A DNA stretch of 64,000 nucleotides from Cyanophora paradoxa CCMP329 (taxonomy: Eukaryota; Plantae; Glaucophyta): contig QPMI01000544.1 of NCBI GenBank assembly GCA_004431415.1, forward strand, positions 111,917 to 175,916, given 5' to 3'. The position numbers were made by a program, and so were the translations under genes. Below are positions 1 through 11,258 of the stretch, in pieces. How positions within the stretch are numbered: the stretch's first letter is position 1; every line of letters starts with the position of its first letter. Below the pieces are notes generated by a model, which saw nothing but the letters and a program-made list of their open reading frames with translations, did no database searches and was not told where the DNA came from.

Positions 1-789
1 CCGGAGTTCTTTAGGCGGGCACCGCGCATGGCCAGGATTTGGAGGTACTACGGTACATGCATATCCGCCTCACATCCGCCGAGCGCGCGCGCGGGGCCTC
101 GCTGCTCATCATCAGTGGCCTGAATATCATAGTATCATGGCATGATCATGACAGCTAGCGCTGCGCATGCGGCCCGGCAGCCCTGCAACTGACAGCTGCA
201 GCCTGCAGAACGTGTCGATGTCGTGCATGCGCGTACGGGCTTTAGGTGTGTCGAATTCAAATTCAAAAAATCTAATGCTGTGCACTTGCGCGTGCAAAAA
301 GCACGCCCCAATTTCAGCGGTACTGCAAGAAAGAATTCAAAAGGACTGCAGGCTGCGAGCTGTCTCTGTGAAAGAGCTGAAAAGGTTCGAATTCTGCAGC
401 TGTACATGCGCGAGACGCGCTCACGCCTGCGATACTACGATGCAGGCGGGGGGCCCGCGCACGGGGGCTCCGGCCGGAGCTCTTGCCGGCCGCGGATTGC
501 GGGACCCGAAGCTAATTTTAGTTGCTAGAAGATGAAATGAAATAATCTGAATGAAACTGACGTGGGGACTTCTAGATGCTAGAACTTAGAGAAGGTCTGA
601 AGGACAACGGGTGAAAGAGAATTCGCCGAGAGAGCTTCCGATCGAGAGAAGAGAAAGGGAGCCCAGGAACTTGTGGGGCGGGGGTACAAGGAGGAGGACC
701 TCCTAGGAGCCGCTCAGAAGAGCCAGCGCTCGGGCTTGAAGGAGCTGCGGGGGAGGGATTCAGAGGGGGGGAGGGTACGGCACGCCTCA

Positions 790-2962
790 TAATCCGACAG
801 CGGAGGCCGCACGGTGTCTTGTCGGCGTCGGTGGCGGCGAAGCGGTCCTGGGGCGGGGGTACCCACGCCGGCGCGGGGGCGTCTCTCGCGCCCTCCTTCG
901 GCGGCGCCGTCGAGTAGACGATGACCTGGGGGAGGGAGGCCAGGCATCAGCATCAAGAGATGAAAGAGCAAGGCCCTTGGCCCATAAGATCAAGCTTAAG
1001 AATGTCGAGTTGCGTTGTTGTTAGGGCACGGAGCCCCGCTGCACTGGGCACCCGCTCTCTCTCCTGCCCCCCGGCCCCTTCATACTTCCGTCAGGCTCGC
1101 CCGCCCGCCCGCCCGCGCGCCCACTTGCCTCGCCGCCGTTGTCGTCCAGGCGGTCGTCGTAGCGGGCGAAGCGCGGGCCCTCCGCCCGGTTCTTGCACTG
1201 CGCGGCGCGGCGCGGAAGAGGGTCAGATCCGGAGGGGGGGCGCCGAGGGAGGGCGCGGCGGGGGGAGGAGGAGGAGCAGCTCCCCGCCCCTAGGCCCTTG
1301 CCGCGGAAGGGGCAGAGGGGACGCACGCCGGGGCGGCCGTTGCAGTGGAGGTGCGGGCCGTGCGCCTCCTCCACGGCCTTCGCCGGGTCCGCCAGGGCCT
1401 TGTCCCAGCCCCGGTTCAGGGGAGGCGCAGGGCGGAGGGGAGGGGGCGGAGAACCTTCGGGTGGGCGGTGCGGTCCCGGCACATGCAGGGCGGTACCCCC
1501 GCCGCGTCGGCCCCCTCCCCCTCCTCCGCATCGTCCGCCGCCCACACGCGGATGTGCCTGCCTCGGGTTCGGTGCCCAGTTCTTTTTGGGTGGGTACAGA
1601 AAGAAATAAACACGCACCGCTCGGAGCCGTACCCGGGGGCGAATTCCTCCTTCGATTCCAGCTCCCACCAGTCCTGCGGGGGGCGTGACGGGGGTACGGA
1701 ATCGGCTGGGGGGTACCGTAGAACGCACATCGTTCTCGGGGAAATCGCTCTCGGCGTTGTCGTCTTCGGTCCTACGGGGGGGCGGAAAGCGTCGGGGACC
1801 GGGGGAGGGCGCGGCGAGGGGTACGGGTCGCACTCGCGGTGCGCGGGAACGGACAGGGCGCCATTCCGATCCTGCGAACGAAGGTGAGCCGAGCGGCGAA
1901 AGCCGCGAAGGGGGGGGGGTACGCGAACCTCCCAGTAGGAGGGCGGGCCCAGCGAGAGGTTGTCAAGCCAGCTGCGCGCCTTCTTGCGGCGGTTCATTCG
2001 GCCCTTCGGGCGCCCGCTCTGCAGGTTGTCCTCCTGTACCCCGCTCGGACCGAGCGGAGGGAAGCAGGCGCAGAGGGGTACGCACCTCCTGCTGGAAGAC
2101 GAGGGGCTCATCGGAGGGCGGGGGCGGAGACCCGGCCTCCTCGCGCCAGAGGGCCTCGTCCTTCCGCCGGACCATGGCGTACGTCCCGCCCTCCGAGCTG
2201 CGAGCGAGTTAGGCGTGGCAGAGACCACGCGAGGAGGGGGGGTACGCGACGCACCGGGAGACGAACTCGCGGAGGTCGTCGCGCTTCTCGTACATGCTCG
2301 GGATCGCGCGCGAGGCGTCCCCAGAAGGCTCCTTCCGCAGCCGCAGCGCTTCCGTCTCTTCTTGCGGCCCCGAACCCTCCGCCTCCCCGTGCGGAAATCT
2401 GCTGAGCGCGGGCGGCGTTGAGGAAGCGGCGACCGGCGATCGAATTCGAATTCGAAGCCGGGGGCACCCGTCGGCGACGCGCGTGATCATCTCTTGGTCG
2501 CCAATGGTCGAAACCTGCTCGACGAGCTCGTCGAAGTCCCCGAAATCCTCGTCGATGTCGATCTCGTCCGCAGAGCGCCCAAAGCTGAAGTCCGCATCCC
2601 CGCCCGGCCGCTGCTCGCACGAGACCTGCAGCTGCGTCGGACGAATCTGCAGCAACGTTAGAAACCGAATCTGGCTTCCCCTCGCTAGGACGTGCGCAAA
2701 GGCCGGATGGGTGGGCAGCCAGGGGAGAGCGGCAACGCACCTGGGCCACGCCGCCCTGCGAGAAGAAGCTGCGAGACGCATGGCCGGAGAAGAAGAAGCG
2801 CTGATTGGAACGGAGACGTGCACTGACGGGCCGCCGCCGCCCGGCCGCCGGAGGGACGGGACAAATCGCATGAGCGGAAGGGGCGCCGTCGCGTACGCCA
2901 GGAAGTTCTTCCCGCGTACGCTCCAGAGGCGGCGGGTGCGCGCTCACGAAGGCCGGCTGCAT
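790..2962 (-). CDS. Multi-exon hypothetical protein, probably plastid-targeted; 3' end uncertain
   Basis: ATG at 2962 gives MQPAFVSAHPP, resembling a transit peptide with a Phe near the N-terminus. Coding-like exons (DEIDIDEDFGDFDELVEQ; DWWELESKEEFAPGYG; GWDKALADPAKAVEEAHGPHLHC) are separated by short C-rich GT-AG introns. No family recognised. Confidence 0.55.
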
Positions 2963-3258
2963 GCTGGATAAGATTCTCGCCCGAAGGGCCGCGACGGCAG
3001 ACGCCGGCTTCTTGCTGTCGTGCTAGCTGTTCTGAAGTCCGAATAGCTTCAGTTGAGGGCTGTGGCGAAGCCCGCAACGACGAGCTCAAAGTTTCCGGGG
3101 TACGATGCAATTCAATTTCGGCAGCGAGCGACTTCGAGAGACGGCATTGTAGCAGCGCAGCTTGCGAGGAGTGAGCAGACCTTTGACCAGCATCCAGCAT
3201 TCTTCGCGGGATCCAGGACGGTGATTGAGGCCTGGCGGACCTCAGCTAGCCGGTAGCG

Positions 3259-4748
3259 ATGTGGAGCGTCATCAGGAAGCGGCAGGGTGCGACATGTGGA
3301 GCCTGCCGCTGACAGAGATAGCACACCGGCCGCCGCCGGGGCGCGCGGCTGACCCTCAAGCAGGTCTGGAGTATCCTCTCAACAGGGAACACGAGGAGGG
3401 TTGGAAAGAGGGAGTGAACAGACAAGATGCGTTCACGGAGAACGCGGAGCACTTCGCTCGCTTCGAGGTGGCGGCGAACCCGAAGCCGCAGGACCCGACT
3501 TCGGTCAACCTCGCCTACGGGGACTTCGCCTACCCGAAGCTCGTGCGCCGGCGCTAGCTACGACGCCGCGGCGAGCGCCCGGCGACCCACCCGAGCCCGC
3601 CCCGCGCAGGTGCGGCAGATTGAGGACGAGCTGCTCGTCATCCGGCAGAAGGCGCTCTCGCGCCTCGCGCTCCTCACGAGGAAGTACGAGCACGTCATGA
3701 AGCTCATCGAGGCCGGTGCGCCGCCGCCGCCGCCCGCCGCCGCGCCCGCCCGCCGCCGCCGCGCCGACCGCCGCCGACCGCCGGTGCCGCAGGGGCGACG
3801 GCGGCGCTGACGCGGCTGCTGCGGGACCGGGACGCGACGGTGCGGAGGATAACGTGCGAAGCGCTTTACTACTTCGCGGAGCACAAGCAGGGCGTCGCCG
3901 ACTTCGTGGACAACTTTACGCTGGAGGCCATGCTCCCGCTCCTCCACGACGAGGACGTGGGTGTGAGGAGGCAGCTGCACGCCGCCGTGCACATGGCGAG
4001 CGCCAGCGAGCGCGGCGCGCGCCAGCTCCTGCACGCCAAGTACATGCCCACCGTCGTCGAGAAGCTCCTCTCCGACGTCGACGACATCAAGGTGCCGCAC
4101 CCGTACCCCCCGCCCGCTTCCTCCCCCGTCGCCCCGCCGACCCTCGGGGGGGGGTACAGGAGAAGCTGCTGGAGACGACGGCGCGGCTGGTGGCGTACGA
4201 GGAGGGTACGACGGCGGCCATCGCGCACAGGGGCGTACCCGCCCTCGTCTCCCTCCTCCGGCACGGGGACGCCCCCGTCCGCGAGGGGGCCGTCCGCTGC
4301 CTCGGACTCATCTGGTACCCCCCCCCTCCGCCCCGCCTGCTCCCTTCCCCGCACGCTCGAGCCCCGGCGCAGCCAGTTCAAGGAGGGCAAGCTGGCCTGC
4401 CTCGCCCCGGAGCTCGGCACGGTGCGCCTAGCCGCCCCGCCCCGCGCCCCGAGGCGCCGCGTGAACGAACGCTCGTCCGCCCGCTCTCGCGCGCAGACGA
4501 ACGCGCTGGTGAACCTGCTGGAGGACCCTTCGCCCCCCGTGCGGCGCGAGGCGGCCGGCGCCCTCATGGCGACCACCATCGAGATCCTCGGCAAGAACGA
4601 GGTACCCCCCGCAGGCCGCCTTCCCCTCAGCCAGCCGCCGCATCGCCGACCGGCGCCTTCCCAGGTCGTGTCGGCCGTGGGCGTCGTACCCCTGCTCCTC
4701 GCCCTCGTCACGAGCGAGGACACGACGGCCGCCCGCAATGCGATCCAG
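3259..4748 (+). CDS. RSPH14: Radial spoke head 14 homolog (armadillo repeats), lacking the C-terminal exon(s)
   Basis: Spliced SVNLAYGDFAYPKL|VRQIEDELLVIRQKAL resembles the RSPH14 N-terminal AYG..PKL..L...RQKAL motif. ARM-like repeats follow (VPALVSLL; VRREAAGALM; VVPLLLALV..AARNAIQ). The intron opening at 4749 runs into a tRNA fragment. Confidence 0.75.
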
Positions 4749-4782
4749 GTCCGCCGCGCCCCGCCACGCCCGCCCGCCCGCC

Positions 4783-4841
4783 TTGGTTAGAGCGCATCCT
4801 TAGTAAGGATGAGGTCGGTGGTTCGAATCCGCCTAGAGGCT
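4783..4841 (+). pseudogene. 5'-truncated tRNA-Thr(AGU) copy
   Basis: Identical to nt 16-74 of the tRNAs at 28151-28224 and 28288-28361. It lacks GCCTCTATAGCTCAG. Confidence 0.9.
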
Positions 4842-6002
4842 TTTCATCCCAAGTGGATGGCTGTTCGAATCCTGACGGGCCCTCTTTTTCCAACACGCCT
4901 CCATTCATTTGGTACTACGGTAGCGCAGCGGGGAAGCTGGGCTTGCGCAACTAGTCTGGACTCTGGGGCCTGGCCAGGGCCTTTCACTGGTTCAGCTGGT
5001 AGCGCAGCGGGGAAGCGCCTATGCATATATGGGCCATATGCATGTCAGCCTCGATCGGGCCCTGACTCGTGAGCTGCCAGGCTGAGTATCAGGGGTATGA
5101 CAGGCCGGAAACCCTCTTTTCCAGATGTCCCAGAACTGTATGATTTTAAAAAAGGAGTTCGCGGTGTCTGAGGGGCTTCGTTTGTGCAAAAGCATGGAGC
5201 ATTATACGACTAGACCCGATATCTTTGCAGCCAGGCGGCGTCTATGAACTGGGCTCCGTATGGTCGACCTTGCAACCACGCACAAGCGCTAGCACGCAGT
5301 TCTGGGCGCCGCAAGCAGCTGCGACATGAGGCGCAGGCCAAAACGCAACGTTTCAGCTAGTTAGCCCGCCGCTTAGAGTGACGACGTCGACAGGCGGCCG
5401 CAAGGGGGGTACGCATTGCAGTCAGCAAGCACGACGTCACTCTGCGCCCGCAGACCGTCGGACTCTGCAGGCGCAGCGCTAGCACCGCACGTGAGCAGCT
5501 GTGCGGCCGGCCGCACGCATGTGATCGTGAGCAGCTCTGCTTGAAAATCGCGAGCTCGTTATGATTAGCAGCTATAGGACGCGGAGCGGCAAGCGCACTA
5601 TAGAGCTAGAACAAGTATACAGCATAAGGAATCTATATTAGCTACACGCGCGCATTTGCCGCCCTCTCGCTCGCGTGTGCACGTACGCGTGGTCATTTGA
5701 CCACACAGCATGCGCAGCATATGCATATCGCGCAGCTGCAGCTGCAACTTGCAACCGAGAGCCGGACACTTAGCAGCTCATCTAACACTGTGAGTCGCCT
5801 TACTTTGAAGCTACATAAACTGCCTAACTTGCTCGCAGCGCTAATCCAATCGCTCTCTGTGGCGTGTGGCCAATTGGCCACACAGCAGCTGAACAGAGAA
5901 GCGAGCCTTTTCACGGCGCAACGCGATCAACCGGCGAACGAAAGCGCATGCCGGTACTAATTGCATACTTTCCTTGCTTCCTTCTCTTAAAAACCCATCA
6001 GC

Positions 6003-8086
6003 AGCGGGCCCGCCCCCCTCTCCCTGCCCCCCGGCCGCCCCGCAACCAGGTACCCCCCTTGGGCGCTCCCGGCCGGGGTCCCCCCCTAGGCTCGGCCCCT
6101 CGGGCGCGCTAGCGGCGGGCCCGCGCGCCGTCGCCGTCGCTTTAATCCTGACATCGAATTCTCGGCCGCAGTGAGCCCGCCCCTGCCCCCCGGCCGCCCC
6201 GCAACCAGGTACCCCCTTGGGCGCTGCCGGCCGGGGTCCCCCCCTAGGCTCGGCCCCTCGGGCGCGCTAGCGGCGGGCCCCGCGCGCCGTCGCCGTCGCT
6301 TTAATCCTGACATCGAATTCTCGGCCGCAGTGAGCCCGCCCCCTGCCCCCGGCCGCCCCGCAACCAGGTACCCCCTTGGGCGCTCCCGGCCGGGGTCCCC
6401 GCCTAGGCTCGGCCCCTCGGGCGCGCTAGCGGCGGGCCCCGCGCGCCGTCGCCGTCGCTTTAATCCTGACATCGAATTCTCGGCCGCAGTGAGCCCGCCC
6501 CCTGCCCCCCGGCCGCCCCGCAACCAGGTACCCCCCTTGGGCGCTCCCGGCCGGGGTCCCCCCTAGGCTCGGCCCCTCGGGCGCGCTAGCGGCGGGCCCC
6601 GCGCGCCGTCGCCGTCGCTTTAATCCTGACATCGAATTCTCGGCCGCAGTGAGCCCGCCCCCTGCCCCCGGCCGCCCCGCAACCAGGTACCCCCTTGGGC
6701 GCTCCCGGCCGGGGTCCCCCCTAGGCTCGGCCCCTCGGGCGCGCTAGCGGCGGGCCCCGCGCGCCGTCGCCGTCGCTTTAATCCTGACATCGAATTCTCG
6801 GCCGCAGTGAGCCCGCCCCCTGCCCCCCGGCCGCCCCGCAACCAGGTACCCCCCTTGGGCGCTCCCGGCCGGGGTCCCCCCTAGGCTCGGCCCTCGGGCG
6901 CGCTAGCGGCGGGCCCCGCGCGCCGTCGCCGTCGCTTTAATCCTGACATCGAATTCTCGGCCGCAGTGAGCCCGCCCCTGCCCCCCGGCCGCCCCGCAAC
7001 CAGGTACCCCCTTGGGCGCTCCCGGCCGGGGTCCCCCCTAGGCTCGGCCCTCGGGCGCGCTAGCGGCGGGCCCCGCGCGCCGTCGCCGTCGCTTTAATCC
7101 TGACATCGAATTCTCGGCCGCAGTGAGCCCGCCCCTGCCCCCCGGCCGCCCCGCAACCAGGTACCCCCCTTGGGCGCTCCCGGCCGGGGTCCCCCCCTAG
7201 GCTCGGCCCCTCGGGCGCGCTAGCGGCGGGCCCCGCGCGCCGTCGCCGTCGCTTTAATCCTGACATCGAATTCTCGGCCGCAGTGAGCCCGCCCCCTGCC
7301 CCCCCGGCCGCCCCGCAACCAGGTACCCCCCTTGGGCGCTCCCGGCCGGGGTCCCCCCCTAGGCTCGGCCCCTCGGGCGCGCTAGCGGCGGGCCCCGCGC
7401 GCCGTCGCCGTCGCTTTAATCCTGACATCGAATTCTCGGCCGCAGTGAGCCCGCCCCCTGCCCCCGGCCGCCCCGCAACCAGGTACCCCCCTTGGGCGCT
7501 GCCGGCCGGGGTCCCCCCCTAGGCTCGGCCCCTCGGGCGCGCTAGCGGCGGGCCCCGCGCGCCGTCGCCGTCGCTTTAATCCTGACATCGAATTCTCGGC
7601 CGCAGTGAGCCCGCCCCCTGCCCCCCGGCCGCCCCGCAACCAGGTACCCCCCTTGGGCGCTCCCGGCCGGGGTCCCCCCTAGGCTCGGCCCCTCGGGCGC
7701 GCTAGCGGCGGGCCCCGCGCGCCGTCGCCGTCGCTTTAATCCTGACATCGAATTCTCGGCCGCAGTGAGCCCGCCCCTGCCCCCCGGCCGCCCCGCAACC
7801 AGGTACCCCCCTTGGGCGCTCCCGGCCGGGGTCCCCCCTAGGCTCGGCCCCTCGGGCGCGCTAGCGGCGGGCCCCGCGCGCCGTCGCCGTCGCTTTAATC
7901 CTGACATCGAATTCTCGGCCGCAGTGAGCCCGCCCCCTGCCCCCCGGCCGCCCCGCAACCAGGTACCCCCCTTGGGCGCTCCCGGCCGGGGTCCCCCCCT
8001 AGGCTCGGCCCCTCGGGCGCGCTAGCGGCGGGCCCCGCGCGCCGTCGCCGTCGCTTTAATCCTGACATCGAATTCTCGGCCGCAGA
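6003..8086 (+). repeat. Tandem satellite, 13 x ~159-160 bp
   Basis: Core TTTAATCCTGACATCGAATTCTCGGCCGCAG occurs 13 times from ~6140 to ~8055. Units differ mainly in C-run length. Confidence 0.97.
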
Positions 8087-8928
8087 GAGCCTCCCCCCCC
8101 CACCCACCCCTGCCCACCCCTCCGTTTATGTTATGATGTGAATAATGTACGAGTGAACTCTCGACGACTTCAAGGCTTTTAAGTAGCTGGCTGACGGTGC
8201 CACTGTGGTCTGTCCTAGTGGAATCGTCCGGGCATGGAGCCGTCATTCACAGTATACGTGGGGGCACTAAGCAGCACTAGCTATATAGGCAGCACTAGGC
8301 AGCACTGTGGCACAAAATCTAATTACTACACGCGAGTTCCAGTGAATGGGTGATATATTAGGCTTATATTAGTCTTTATAAGCGATATACATGCTTATGT
8401 TGAGTGCTCATCGAGAGTCCAACCAAGGTCATTCATCATGATGACTGAGTTGGGTGATGATCAGTTGATGTGTTTGAGAGCTCGTTGAACGATTTATCGG
8501 ATTTCCATTAAGCGGGAGGATATCCGAGCCCGATACATGGCATGTATTCTGAAAGCGCTTTTTATTGTCGTTCACATGATATGCTTGAGTCTTATTGATC
8601 TGAATTCCATCCAGAGATAATCAGCTATAAATGATCCAACCCCTCCTGTGCACCCCCCCACAACCTCGAGGCCCGCCTCTTGCCTGCCGCCCGGAGACCT
8701 CGGCTCATCTTAAAGATTCGGCATCCTCGTTCATAGTATGTTGCTTTTCAGTGCTCCGATTCGGGCGCGGGGCCTGCCCTGGGGTGGCCAGGCGCGGTTC
8801 ATCGGGCCCAACACCTCATGCGCCCCCATCACTACCTTGCAATTGAGGCGGGCCTTTCGTCTTGCGCCCGGGGCCCCGGGCTCATCTTCTACATTATATA
8901 TCTCTGTTCCCCGTATTTTTGTTTCGCA

Positions 8929-9355
8929 CAGCGTTCAGGGGGCGGCGGGGGCAGGGGGGGTGGGTCCCTGCGCGCGCGGCGGTCAGACCCAGGCCATATT
9001 TAGAATCGCTATCCGTCGACGCGCGCTTGTAGGGCCCTCGCCGGGCCATCGGCTGGCGGGGAGCGCGGCCCGGGGCTCGCACCAGGGGTACCGGGTTCAG
9101 GGGGCGGCGGGGGCAGGGGGAGGGTCCCTGCGCGCGCGGCGGTCAGACCCAGGCCATATTTAGAATCGCTATCCGTCGACGCGCGCTTGTAGGGCCCTCG
9201 CCGGGCCATCGGCTGGCGGGGAGCGCGGTCCGGGGCTCGCACCAGGGGTACAGCGTTCAGGGGGCGGCGGGGGCAGGGGGTGGGTCCCTGCGCGCGCGGC
9301 GGTCAGACCCAGGCCATATTTAGAATCTCTATCCGTCGAAGCGCGCTTGTAGCGC
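8929..9355 (-). repeat. Second ~160-bp tandem repeat (~2.7 units), an inverted diverged relative of the first array
   Basis: GGTCAGACCCAGGCCATATTTAGAATC at 8981, 9141 and 9301. The reverse complement contains CCCCTGCCCCCGCCGCCCCCTGAACCCGGTACCCC, versus CCCCTGCCCCCGGCCGCCCCGCAACCAGGTACCCC in array 1. Confidence 0.9.
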
Positions 9356-11258
9356 CCTCGGCGGGCCTCGATGCGCGAGATTTGAGCAGCGCGCGAGCGC
9401 GCGGGCCGGCGCCCGGGAGCGCAATTGCAAGCGCGTTGCGCGCTCGCGCAACGGAAGCCATATCGCGATCGGCGGGAGCATTGCGCGGGTGCCGGTCGCG
9501 CGCGGGTTCTCACACTGGGCCTCGAGCTCGCGCTTGCCCGCAGTCGACGTCCGCGTGGCCCGGCGCAACTGCCACCTGTGAGCACGTGGCTCCGCTCGCG
9601 CGCTCGAGCTCGCCGCTCGCGCACAGCGCTCGCGCGCTCGCGGCGCAACAGCCAACTGTGTCGCTCGCTGAGGCTGGTTGGCTGGAAACTGCTTCGATGC
9701 ATGATGTATGAGCGCACCTTCTGCCTACCGAGCTCCCGGACGAATGCTGCCGGCTTGCCGAGGGGGGGGGGGGTGGCGGGGGGTATCAGTTCTCGCCAGC
9801 TCCCGCAGCTGACGGGGACCGCGCCGGGCCCCAGCTTGTGGCTGCAAAAGAACGCATATGCGCCGCGCATGCACGCCTTGCTCGCTAGACCCGCCGTAAG
9901 CGCCCCAGTGCTGAGCAGCACGCGGACGCCGCGACGTATATGGGATGACCACTGCTGGCGAGCTCCCGCGCATTTGCAATAGATGTACAGCATGCCATAC
10001 ACCACTCCTGCTTGCATATTTACGCCCCCTGCGCCCCGCACTCGATACACACACGGCATATACATACTTCATAGGATTGGCGCATTAGAACGCTAGTATT
10101 ACCGGCCTGTCTAGCCCCTCGCAGCTGAGCGCCTGAGTCTCATGATCAGTGAGCCAGCACTAGCGCTAGCCTCGCCTCGATCGCGATGTCAGATCGACAG
10201 CTGCAGCCTGCAGCTGCATGCCGCAGTGCATGCGCATGCGCAGCGCAGGCGCCGCCGCGCGCGCGCCGCACCGGCAGCGCTAGCGGGCGCCGGGCGGCTC
10301 GTGCACGTGACCGCGCGCAAAAGCATAGCGGCTCGAGCTCGCGATCGATATCGTGGGCGCCGATTGCGCGCGCGCGCGCGCGCGCCAGCCGGCCGCAGCT
10401 TAGAATTCTTTAGCTCATGATACGCACGATCGGGCGATCGGCTCCTCGGCTTCTTAGATCAGCTCCTTCAGATTGACTAGTACTGCACGCACTAGTGCCA
10501 GCTTCAGCTGCCGCAGTGCAGCGAGTGCAAGCCGCGCGCGGCCGCGGCCGGCCGGCGGCCGTACACGTTCGCCGCGCGCAACTGCAGCTGATGCATATGA
10601 TCATGACAGCTGCAGGCCGAGCTGTAGCAAGCGCTCGGCCGCGGGCATGCATATGCATGCATATGGGTTCCGGCCATGGCCAGCGATTTCAACCAGCCAG
10701 CGCTGCGGGTTTGCTTGCGATTGTACATGTACTTCTCGTTCTCGAGCTCGGCATTGCCCCCGCTCTCGGCCGCGGCCTGCATCATACATATGGCCATGGC
10801 CCGAGACAAGCCGCGGCCGCCGTTGCCGGTGCTACGAATACGAATACAACGCTAGCTGCGCATGCAGCTGGCAATGGGGATCCCGCGGCCGACGCGCCGG
10901 CACGGAAGTCACGCGAGCTCCATGCATATGCATATGGCCACAACGTTGACGTTGATCATGATCATTACTTCATCGGCTACTTTCGCTCTGAATGGCGCGC
11001 CGGGCGCGCCCCGGAAGCTATAGAGTCCTGTGTACATGTGCCGGTATGTTGATTTGACGTTGCCGCAAGTTGCTATAGCATATAGCTAAGTATACGGCGC
11101 GGATCTTAATTAAAATTTGGCGCCGACATATGTCGCGACTGACATCCGAAAGCAGGATCGTGCGGACCTCGCGATCGACGTCGGCGTGCGGACCTCGCGA
11201 TCGACGTCGGCGCAGAATCCGACGCAGCGGATGACGCGCGAATTCGAAGCTGATGCAG

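Larger units (their letters stand above)
5090..10120. mobile_element. Non-autonomous hAT-like TIR element carrying satellite arrays
   Basis: Left end CAGGGGTATGACAGGCCGGAAA (5090-5111) matches the reverse complement of 10099-10120, GAGGGGCTAGACAGGCCGGTAA. Candidate 8-bp TSD is CTGAGTAT (5082-5089) / CTGAGTCT (10133-10140). No transposase seen. Confidence 0.55.

Noticed and set aside
6003-8086. CRISPR-like or ncRNA array
   Set aside because: Whole units are near-identical with no unique spacers and no cas or RT gene adjacent. The ORFs over it are repeat translations.
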